Origin: an uncultured Candidatus Saccharibacteria bacterium
GTDB lineage: Bacteria; Patescibacteriota; Saccharimonadia; CAILAD01; BJGX01
DNA: 64,000 nucleotides
NCBI GenBank assembly: GCA_964610335.1
Contig: CAZSVP010000003.1
Location: forward strand, 141,531-205,530
Direction: 5' to 3'
Part shown: piece by piece, positions 57,199 to 64,000 of the stretch
Layout of the letters: every line of letters begins with the position of its first letter
Position numbering within the stretch: the stretch's first letter is position 1
Program-made: the position numbers and the translations under genes
Notes under the pieces: model-generated
Databases searched by the model: none
The model's input: the letters and a program-made list of their open reading frames with translations, nothing else
What the model was told of the DNA's origin: nothing

Positions 57199-57915
57199 AT
57201 GAGCAACACCACAACTGACAGCTTTGGAGAGTTGGTAGTGCGACGAGCCGATCAGCTGCGCCAGCGCGGCGATGCCGGCGGTGCTTGCCGGGATTTCAAC
57301 AAGGCCTACAACTTGCTGCGTAGCGAAGGCAAGGCCTGCGACCCCGTCATGCGTGACTGCTTGCATATGTGGGGAGTTGCGCTCTGCAGCAAAGGCAACC
57401 CGGCCGAGGCATTGAGCAAGTTCCGCCAAGCAATTCAGTTGTCCATCGACATCGGTGACCAGCCAAGTCGCATGGCCATGGGCAACATCATGCGTGATGA
57501 AGCCAAGGCTCAGATGCTGCTCGGCGAGCTCGATCGTGCCGAAGAGTGTCTCATCAGCTCACAACAGATTCTCAAGCCAGAGACCGAATGGGATCAGACT
57601 GCGCTACAAGGATTGGCCAACACCATCGGATTCCAAGGCCGTCTCGAAGTGTACCGTCACAATCTCGGTCTAGCTCTGCAATATCTACGCGAAGCTGATC
57701 GCCTGCTAGGCGCGATCGGAGCCGATCAACCCCGACTGTACAACCTGCTGGTGTTGTCTCGCACAGCTCACATGGCAGGTATGGCCGAAGCTGCTGGACA
57801 TGCTCGTGCAGCTTGGCCACTGGCCAAAAGGTATGGCGGCCGTAGCCATCGCATCCGAGCAATGCTGCTGATGCTCCCGATCGCCTGGCGGCTCGAAGCT
57901 CGCATGAGCTCGTAG
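57199..57915 (+). CDS. TPR-like hypothetical protein, high GC
   Basis: Helical repeat composition; ~60% GC; first gene of high-GC island. Confidence 0.45.
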   Translation: MSNTTTDSFGELVVRRADQLRQRGDAGGACRDFNKAYNLLRSEGKACDPVMRDCLHMWGVALCSKGNPAEALSKFRQAIQLSIDIGDQPSRMAMGNIMRDEAKAQMLLGELDRAEECLISSQQILKPETEWDQTALQGLANTIGFQGRLEVYRHNLGLALQYLREADRLLGAIGADQPRLYNLLVLSRTAHMAGMAEAAGHARAAWPLAKRYGGRSHRIRAMLLMLPIAWRLEARMSS

Positions 57916-58065
57916 CACCCAAGAGTGCTTTTACCCGTCCCCAACGAACGTCCCTGACATTTGTTGGGGACGTTCGTGTTTTTGGAGATGATTTTAATTC
58001 AATAATTGCTTGCCGGAGTGCGGAAGTATGATCACTCACACCTCCGCACCCCGAAGTTCACCCCC

Positions 58066-59496
58066 TCAGAGGATCTCGCCAGGGCTGTAGCGAGCTGCCT
58101 CTGGGTACTTGGCCATCACCGGCTCGATCGAGCGCACGAAGTTGCCCACCTGCGCTACCGCTACACCGGTCATCTCGATCGGATTGGCCAATGCTTCGCG
58201 CAGATCGGCCAGCTCGACGCACTGCATGTTGGGATCAGCCGCTATCCGTTCCAGCAGATCGTTGGGCAGACCCCCAACTTCTCGCTGTGCCATCTTGAGT
58301 GCCAAGGCATGCTCCTTGATGACCTCGTGGGCCTTCTCACGACCCATGCCGGCACGAACCGCGGCCATCAACAGCTTGGTAGTGCCCAGGTACGGCAGTT
58401 GCTCGCGCAACTCGGTCTGAATCATGGCCGGAAAGAATCCGAACTCATCGAGCACCGTGAGCCAGGTCTGGTAGAGCCCATCGAGGGCGAAGAACGAGTC
58501 CGGAAGCACCACGCGGCGAATCACGCTGCAGCTCACGTCGCCCTCGAACCAGGTGTCGCCAGCCAGCTCGTTGGCCATGGTGACATGACCGCGCAGCGTG
58601 CACTGCAGCGCACGGATGCGCTCACAGCTACGAGAGTTTTCCTTGTGCGGCATGGCGCTGCTACCGGTCTGGCCAGGTTTGAAACCCTCGCTAGCCAAGC
58701 CCAGACCCGACATCAACCGAATCATCTGAGCAAAGTTGCCGGCTGGCGCTGCCAGTAGCAATAGCAGCTCGACCACCTCGGAGTCGTAGCTACGTGGATA
58801 GACCTGCCCCACCGAGTTCATCGACTCGGCAAAGCCGAGATGCTCGGCAATCCGCCGTTCCAGCTCCACCACGTCATCTGGGTTGCTCAGCAGATCCAAC
58901 TGATCCTGCTGAGTACCAACCGGACCCTTGATACCACGCAACTGGTAGTGCTCGATCACATACTCGAGCTTGTCCAGGAAGTGCAGCAGCTCCTCGCCGA
59001 TGGTGGCGATTCGCTTGCCCACCGTGGTGGGCTGAGCTGGCACGAAGTGACTGCGTCCGGCGATCACCACACCAACGTAGTTGGTGGCTGACTCACCCAA
59101 GCGAGCCAGCGCTGCCACCACACGGATGCGGATCAGCTTGAGACTCCGCAGCACCTGCATCTGCTCGACGTTGTCGGTCAGGTCACGGCTGGTCATACCC
59201 TTGTGCAGGTGCTCATGGCCAGCCAGCGCGCAGAACTCCTCGATCCGCGCCTTCACGTCGTGGCGGGTGCGGCGCTCGCGAGTGGCGATGGACTCGAGAT
59301 CCACCTGATCGATGACGGCTTCGTAGGCCTCGATCACGCCATCGGGCACATCCACACCCAAATTCTTCTGGGCGCGCAGTACGGCCAGCCAGAGCTCGCG
59401 CTCCATGATCACCTTCTGCCGTTCACCCCAAACCTCACGCACCTCCTCGGAGGCGTAGCGCATGGCCAGGACATTGCTGATTTCAGTGATGGCCAC
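58066..59496 (-). CDS. purB: adenylosuccinate lyase
   Basis: Fumarate-lyase signature GSSAMPHKEN; 476 aa; high GC. Confidence 0.85.
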   Translation of the reverse strand: MAITEISNVLAMRYASEEVREVWGERQKVIMERELWLAVLRAQKNLGVDVPDGVIEAYEAVIDQVDLESIATRERRTRHDVKARIEEFCALAGHEHLHKGMTSRDLTDNVEQMQVLRSLKLIRIRVVAALARLGESATNYVGVVIAGRSHFVPAQPTTVGKRIATIGEELLHFLDKLEYVIEHYQLRGIKGPVGTQQDQLDLLSNPDDVVELERRIAEHLGFAESMNSVGQVYPRSYDSEVVELLLLLAAPAGNFAQMIRLMSGLGLASEGFKPGQTGSSAMPHKENSRSCERIRALQCTLRGHVTMANELAGDTWFEGDVSCSVIRRVVLPDSFFALDGLYQTWLTVLDEFGFFPAMIQTELREQLPYLGTTKLLMAAVRAGMGREKAHEVIKEHALALKMAQREVGGLPNDLLERIAADPNMQCVELADLREALANPIEMTGVAVAQVGNFVRSIEPVMAKYPEAARYSPGEIL

Positions 59497-59654
59497 TGTG
59501 GCCTCCTCTTTGTCAATGCCTACAATAAGTAGACGGTACGAACAACAAAAGCGGCATCATGCCGCCTTGTACATTAGTATATGAGTATTGCTAGTCCAGA
59601 TCAAATTTGGTAAACTCACCGAGACCTCGACAACTGAATAGAAAGGCAGTCGTC

Positions 59655-61025
59655 ATGACGCCAACCAAACCAATCCTGCCCGTCAATGCTCGCATCGTGG
59701 TAGTCGGCAATGGTGGCCGCGAGGCCGCATTGGCTCGCCGACTTCGTCAAGACAGCCCGGAACGCGTGGTACATGTGGTGCCAGGCCGTGAGGGTTGCAT
59801 CCTTGGCTCCGAACCGCTTGATGGACGAAGCTTGCTCGACGTTTGTCTGAACCTCGAAGCTGATCTGTACGTGATCGGACCTGAAGCCCCATTGGTCGAC
59901 GGCCTGGCCGACGACTTGCGCAAGCAAGACAAGCTGGTGATCGGCCCTGGTGCCGACGGTGCCCAGCTCGAGGGCAGCAAGATCTGGATGAAGCAGCTGC
60001 TCGACGATGCAGGTGTGCCGACTGCCGCCTGGCAGGAGGGCGGCTTCGCCGAGATCGAAGACCTGCTGGAGTTCATCAACTACCTCGGCGGCAGCGCAGT
60101 AGTCAAGACCGACTACCTGGCTGCTGGCAAAGGTGTGGGGGTGTTTCACAACGACGCCGACGCCGCTGGTCGCGATGCCATACAGAAGACCGGCCCGCTC
60201 GAGTCAGGGCGCCGCGTGGTGGTCGAAGAAGTGATGGAAGGCGAAGAACTCTCAATGTTCTTCCTATGTGATGGTCAGCGTGCCGTCTTCTGCGGCTCAG
60301 CCCAGGACTACAAGTACCTAATCAAGGATGGTGTGAGCTACATGACCGGCGGTGTCGGCAGCTATTCACCCGTCGAGTGGCATACGCCCAAGCTGATCGA
60401 CATGGTAACCACCAACATCGCGCAACCGACGCTCAAGGCCTTACAGGCACGCGGCATCGACTACCGCGGCTTCCTGTTCTGCGGGCTGATGTTGACGCAG
60501 GACGGACCCAAGGTGCTGGAGTACAACATCCGCTTCGGAGATCCGGAGGCGCAGGCGGTGCTGCCACGCATCATCGGCGACTTCGGCCAGATGCTCTACG
60601 AAGCCGCCCATGGCCAGCTCACCAGCCCGGTGCAGCTCGACGATCGTGCTGCAGTGTGTGTGGTGGCCTGTGGTCGCGACTACCCGGCCGCCAGCCAGCT
60701 CGACGCTCTGATCAGCTGGCAAGCCGGTGTCGATTACGACGGCGAGCACGCCTACCGCCTACATGCCGGCACCCGCGAGGCGCCTCATGCCATGATCGCC
60801 ACCGATGGTGGTCGGGTGCTCAACTTCGTCGGTCTTGGCAGTCGTGTGTCGACAGCCCGGCGTCGTGCCTACAAGCTGGCACGCTCCGTCGAGTGGGATG
60901 GCATGGTGCTGCCCAACTACATCGCAGCCGAAGCGGCTCTCATCTCTGGTGATGAAGCACAGGCACAAAAGCAAGAGATGGCACAACGACGAGCAGCGCT
61001 AGCAACCAAAATCGATGCCGACTGA
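59655..61025 (+). CDS. purD: phosphoribosylamine--glycine ligase
   Basis: ARIVVVGNGGREAALARRL (PurD N-terminus), ATP-grasp core, C-terminal GGRVLNFVGLG; RBS GAAAGG before ATG 59655 (track ORF starts 59607). Confidence 0.8.
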   Translation: MTPTKPILPVNARIVVVGNGGREAALARRLRQDSPERVVHVVPGREGCILGSEPLDGRSLLDVCLNLEADLYVIGPEAPLVDGLADDLRKQDKLVIGPGADGAQLEGSKIWMKQLLDDAGVPTAAWQEGGFAEIEDLLEFINYLGGSAVVKTDYLAAGKGVGVFHNDADAAGRDAIQKTGPLESGRRVVVEEVMEGEELSMFFLCDGQRAVFCGSAQDYKYLIKDGVSYMTGGVGSYSPVEWHTPKLIDMVTTNIAQPTLKALQARGIDYRGFLFCGLMLTQDGPKVLEYNIRFGDPEAQAVLPRIIGDFGQMLYEAAHGQLTSPVQLDDRAAVCVVACGRDYPAASQLDALISWQAGVDYDGEHAYRLHAGTREAPHAMIATDGGRVLNFVGLGSRVSTARRRAYKLARSVEWDGMVLPNYIAAEAALISGDEAQAQKQEMAQRRAALATKIDAD

Positions 61026-61102
61026 GCAAGTCGAGCAGTAGGCCGAATGAGCCTTCAACGAGAGTCTTTGACTTCTATGTTGGAGGCTCTTGTTGTAATT
61101 AT

Positions 61103-61348
61103 TTACTTGGTTGGTTTAGTTTGGGCTGCATAATTGATCTGTTCTATAAAGTCACCTATCCACGGTACCCCACCCAGGTAGCGTAAAGCCAAACTAAGTA
61201 ACACTATAAATACCGCTACACCAATCACACCGCCAATACCACGCCAGAATCCTATCCACAGATTTAACTTCATGAGTTTCTTCTTGTTGTGTGTGAGTTC
61301 TACCAGTCTTTGTAATGCAACTGCTTCCGATGTCTTGGGATCTTTCAT
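61103..61348 (-). CDS. small membrane protein, hypothetical
   Basis: 81 aa with two hydrophobic helices. Confidence 0.4.
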   Translation of the reverse strand: MKDPKTSEAVALQRLVELTHNKKKLMKLNLWIGFWRGIGGVIGVAVFIVLLSLALRYLGGVPWIGDFIEQINYAAQTKPTK

Positions 61349-61843
61349 CTAGTTTTTCTCCATATGTAGTTTTATCCACTTGGCTCCATCACAGAGATAA
61401 TAGGCCATAATATTGAGCTCTTCAAAACTAGGTAAATCAAACTGTTCGGCAATGGATGCAAGGTCATTGATGGCCACCTCGGTGTCGACCAACGAAAACA
61501 CCACTACAGTAGGTATACTATAACGACGCCAATGGTCAAACAGTTTATTACTGAGAAACGAGACTATCTGTTGAGTACGCTCTGCAACTGGAAGATTTGC
61601 TGGCACCTGTACTGCGCAAAGTTCACGCTCAAAGTAGCACTCGGCGCTAGCCTGATTGTCAGAGATTATTACACTTTCAAAGCCAAGTTCCTGACCTTCT
61701 GATATATATACCAGGTCCGGGTTCTCTTCAAATCTTTCAAACTGATAGCTAGCGTAGTCTGAGCAAATACCTATAAACTGGTCAACTAAATCTTTCTCGC
61801 GATGCTTTTTTTGAGATATGTTGGTTATAGCATTGGGCTTCAT
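61349..61843 (-). CDS. hypothetical protein
   Basis: 164-aa ORF contiguous with neighbours; no motif. Confidence 0.4.
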   Translation of the reverse strand: MKPNAITNISQKKHREKDLVDQFIGICSDYASYQFERFEENPDLVYISEGQELGFESVIISDNQASAECYFERELCAVQVPANLPVAERTQQIVSFLSNKLFDHWRRYSIPTVVVFSLVDTEVAINDLASIAEQFDLPSFEELNIMAYYLCDGAKWIKLHMEKN

Positions 61844-61851
61844 AGATAGTA

Positions 61852-62259
61852 TTATTGGTCACCGTGCTCTGCAGCTTCAGCTGCTTCAGCATCGGCCTTA
61901 GTCCGGTGAATAGTACCTTCAGGATGGTTGGGCGGAGCATAGATAGAGTACAGCTTGAGTGACTCACTACCACGGTTGACTACATTGTGCCAAGTTCCTG
62001 CTGGAATAATAAGCGCCATATCTGCCTTGAGCTCACCTACTTCCTTCATGGCATCTTCACTCTCTCCAAGTAACACTGTGCCACTACCGGCCTCAGCTCG
62101 TAAAAACTGATCGACGTGTGGGTGTACTTCGAGTCCGACATCCTCACCGGGCTTGATATCCATTACAGTAAGCTGCAAATGCTTGCCGGTAAACAGTGTC
62201 GTTCGGAATGTTTCATTCTTGATGGTCTCATCTTCGATATTGCCAAGATAGTGTTTCAT
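61852..62259 (-). CDS. cupin-domain protein
   Basis: Cupin motifs G(X)5HxH-like (VHPHVDQF) and later His. Confidence 0.6.
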   Translation of the reverse strand: MKHYLGNIEDETIKNETFRTTLFTGKHLQLTVMDIKPGEDVGLEVHPHVDQFLRAEAGSGTVLLGESEDAMKEVGELKADMALIIPAGTWHNVVNRGSESLKLYSIYAPPNHPEGTIHRTKADAEAAEAAEHGDQ

Positions 62260-62333
62260 ATATTCTCCTTCGTGAGTGTTATCGCCAGATATCTAGCGTT
62301 GATATTAGTATACCAAACATCGATGATTTCTTC

Positions 62334-62362
62334 TTGCTAATTACACTGCTTCATTGTATAAT
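62334..62362 (+). promoter_or_regulatory. sigma70 promoter TTGCTA-N17-TATAAT with TG extension, upstream of RRM protein gene
   Basis: -35 62334-62339, -10 62357-62362 preceded by TG; leaves about 110-nt 5' UTR. Confidence 0.55.
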
Positions 62363-62478
62363 CCTAGTCAAGCGGGTTCTTACCCCTATCACGCCCCGGA
62401 CGAGCAGCTTGCTAAGGTCAGAGAGTGAGTTAGTAAGAGGTCGTCCCGCCGTGATAAAGATAAGAAGGTAGAAAAAAT

Positions 62479-62730
62479 ATGTCTTTCAAGATTTATGTTG
62501 GCAACCTAGCCTACGCTACCGACGATGCTGGTCTCAAAGCCGCCTTTGAAGAGCACGGTACTGTCGAAAGCGCTTCTGTTGTCTTGGACAAATACACAGG
62601 CCGCTCACGCGGTTTTGGTTTTGTCGAGATGGCTAACCAAGAAGAAGGTGAAGCTGCTGTCAAAGCTATGGACGGAAAAGAACTCGATGGTCGCGAACTA
62701 CGCGTCAACGAAGCTCGTCCTAAAGAATAA
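62479..62730 (+). CDS. RRM-type RNA-binding protein
   Basis: RNP-2 IYVGNL and RNP-1 RGFGFVEM motifs; 83 aa. Confidence 0.85.
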   Translation: MSFKIYVGNLAYATDDAGLKAAFEEHGTVESASVVLDKYTGRSRGFGFVEMANQEEGEAAVKAMDGKELDGRELRVNEARPKE

Positions 62731-62754
62731 GACTTAAGTCTTAAACTTCAAAAA

Positions 62755-62778
62755 CAGACCCTCATGGGTCTGTTTTTG
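62755..62778. terminator. bidirectional rho-independent terminator
   Basis: CAGACCC-TCAT-GGGTCTG flanked by A-run upstream and TTTTTG downstream. Confidence 0.7.
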
Positions 62779-62781
62779 TAT

Positions 62782-63303
62782 TTAGGCCAACTTGGGACGC
62801 TTAACAGGTTTCTGTAACCCTAGTTTCATCACCTCGCCCAGGATCCGATCGCATTCATCTTCGAGAAGATCATAATCAAAGTTGGGATGTTTACTAATTA
62901 CTTGTTGCTTGATATAGCTTAATGCTTCTGGATAATCATGTTTGTAGCGATCCATTAACTGTTTCCAGGCAAAACCCTTGAGGTAGCTCGCCAATTTCTT
63001 GTCGTATTTGATTACCCCCAGATCAAGTAATAACGCGATTGAAGGATGTGCCAAATAGCCCTGCCAATAACTACCGGAATCGTTTGAGGATATTATATTG
63101 TGTGTCGGGTCATATTCGACGTTATAGAACTTCTTACGATCCGACGAGTAGACCTTGGCTGTATTACCACTGCGCTCTATGCGGCCGTCGGCTAGGATTG
63201 CCAGTGCCTCGTAGACTTTAGCAATATTTGGCTTCTTCCAATTCATAGTTACATAATAGCAAAACCACCCAACAAATGGGTGGTTTCGATAGTTATATGA
63301 CAT
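62782..63303 (-). CDS. hypothetical protein
   Basis: 173-aa ORF; no motif. Confidence 0.4.
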   Translation of the reverse strand: MSYNYRNHPFVGWFCYYVTMNWKKPNIAKVYEALAILADGRIERSGNTAKVYSSDRKKFYNVEYDPTHNIISSNDSGSYWQGYLAHPSIALLLDLGVIKYDKKLASYLKGFAWKQLMDRYKHDYPEALSYIKQQVISKHPNFDYDLLEDECDRILGEVMKLGLQKPVKRPKLA

Positions 63304-63307
63304 TCAA

Positions 63308-63772
63308 TTACTTAAGTCTGTGCATTGGGCCATGATCGCCTCTATGGCCTAGTGGGCCACGTAATGCGAAAGGTTCAGGTATGTGATTGTCCTCGGCCCA
63401 TTTCTTCAACTCATCGTGCTTTTGCTTCATAGCATCTCGTCGCTCTTGAGGAGATTTGTCCTTGAGACTATCTCTAAAACTCTGCATCTCTGCCGCTTTG
63501 GCCAGTATCATACCTTTTTGTTCTGTTGTCAGCTTACCTTCTTTGATAGCCTGGTCAAGCCGTTCTGTTAGCTTTTGTAGCCGATCAGCTTGATTCTGCT
63601 GATGATGCTCTTGTCTAAACTGTTGCATCTGCTCATGCTTGATACCAAACTTTGCCGCCAAGTCTTGCAAAAAATTGCCAGCATGTGCCTGTGGTGCAGA
63701 TACACTTACCAAGGCCAAGCTGGCCAGCGCTACCACACTACTAGTAATAATTACTGCTTTGCGATTTGCCAT
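63308..63772 (-). CDS. periplasmic Spy/CpxP-like (LTXXQ motif) protein
   Basis: Signal peptide, LTERL and LTTEQ (LTXXQ) motifs, helical and charged. Confidence 0.55.
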   Translation of the reverse strand: MANRKAVIITSSVVALASLALVSVSAPQAHAGNFLQDLAAKFGIKHEQMQQFRQEHHQQNQADRLQKLTERLDQAIKEGKLTTEQKGMILAKAAEMQSFRDSLKDKSPQERRDAMKQKHDELKKWAEDNHIPEPFALRGPLGHRGDHGPMHRLK

Positions 63773-64000
63773 ATATTTCAGTCCCCTTGTTTTTAGTTGC
63801 AGTTATTAATACAGAGTATTGCCGTGAATGTGACACATATTTTCTAATACTATATCAGCCCATCAAGGTTGCGAGCTTACGTACGGTATTTACATTGCGC
63901 ACTGTCATCATTTTGTATATCTTAGTACCAATTAGCTTAACCTCATTACCCTTAGTGACATTCTGCCGAGCGGTATTCCACACCAAAACGCCGTGAATAT

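Noticed and set aside
58006-58758. 250-aa plus-strand ORF antisense to purB, plus other long ORFs in the high-GC islands (59203..59532, 59616..60149 minus, 60377..60952, 32374..32874 minus, 32062..32322 minus)
   Set aside because: These are artefacts of high GC, with few stop codons in any frame. They overlap genes with clear family signatures on the other strand or frame, and they have Arg/Ala-rich junk composition.
1-64000. CRISPR arrays, IS elements/transposases, integrases, rRNA genes and prophage structural genes
   Set aside because: No regularly spaced direct repeats, no DDE/tyrosine-recombinase-like ORFs, and no rRNA-like sequence were seen. The only mobile-element-type signals are the att-like repeats and the compositional islands described above.

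Overview
This window looks like a compact, gene-dense chromosome segment of about 45-48% GC from a small-genome bacterium. The gene content suggests a reduced, CPR/Saccharibacteria-like genome, but that is an inference. Housekeeping genes dominate: gltX, nrdAB with tandem NrdR boxes, tRNA-Glu(CUC), Ku plus a three-domain LigD (NHEJ), two tRNA synthetases, scpAB, rluB, dacA, der, pth, dprA, topA, glyS, recO, and an oxidative-stress cluster (Prx, SOD, Bcp). A minus-strand dcw block runs mraZ-rsmH-ftsL-ftsI-mraY-ftsW-murG-ftsQ, with four MraZ-type GTGGG repeats upstream.

Four loci stand out as accessory or foreign:
(1) A roughly 60% GC insert between dprA and topA. It holds two small genes, one of them a 157-aa nucleoside 2-deoxyribosyltransferase-like (SLOG/NDT) protein. 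Each gene is bracketed by a copy of the same ~50-bp terminator-tail plus sigma70-promoter repeat, which appears to derive from the native topA promoter.
(2) A ~3.9 kb, roughly 60% GC island carrying a TPR protein, purB and purD. In a genome that otherwise looks nucleotide-dependent this fits the salvage theme.
(3) An AT-rich (~35% GC) islet next to tRNA-Glu. It is bounded by three or four increasingly degenerate copies of a tRNA 3'-end-like repeat, and it carries a truncated CCA/poly(A)-polymerase-family nucleotidyltransferase (head and neck domains only) plus a tiny 2-TM protein.
(4) A 710-bp noncoding gap. It contains a promoter- and terminator-bounded candidate sRNA on the minus strand whose hairpin loop mimics the 16S anti-SD sequence.

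Other notable features are a sigma70-region-4 plus HARE-HTH protein next to a 912-aa VirD4/TraG-like ATPase, a cupredoxin beside an ABC-2 exporter, and a perfect palindrome between a COG0523 GTPase and an FNR-like reductase. No CRISPR arrays, transposases, integrases or rRNA were seen. All coordinates for small motifs were hand-counted and may be off by 1-2 nt.
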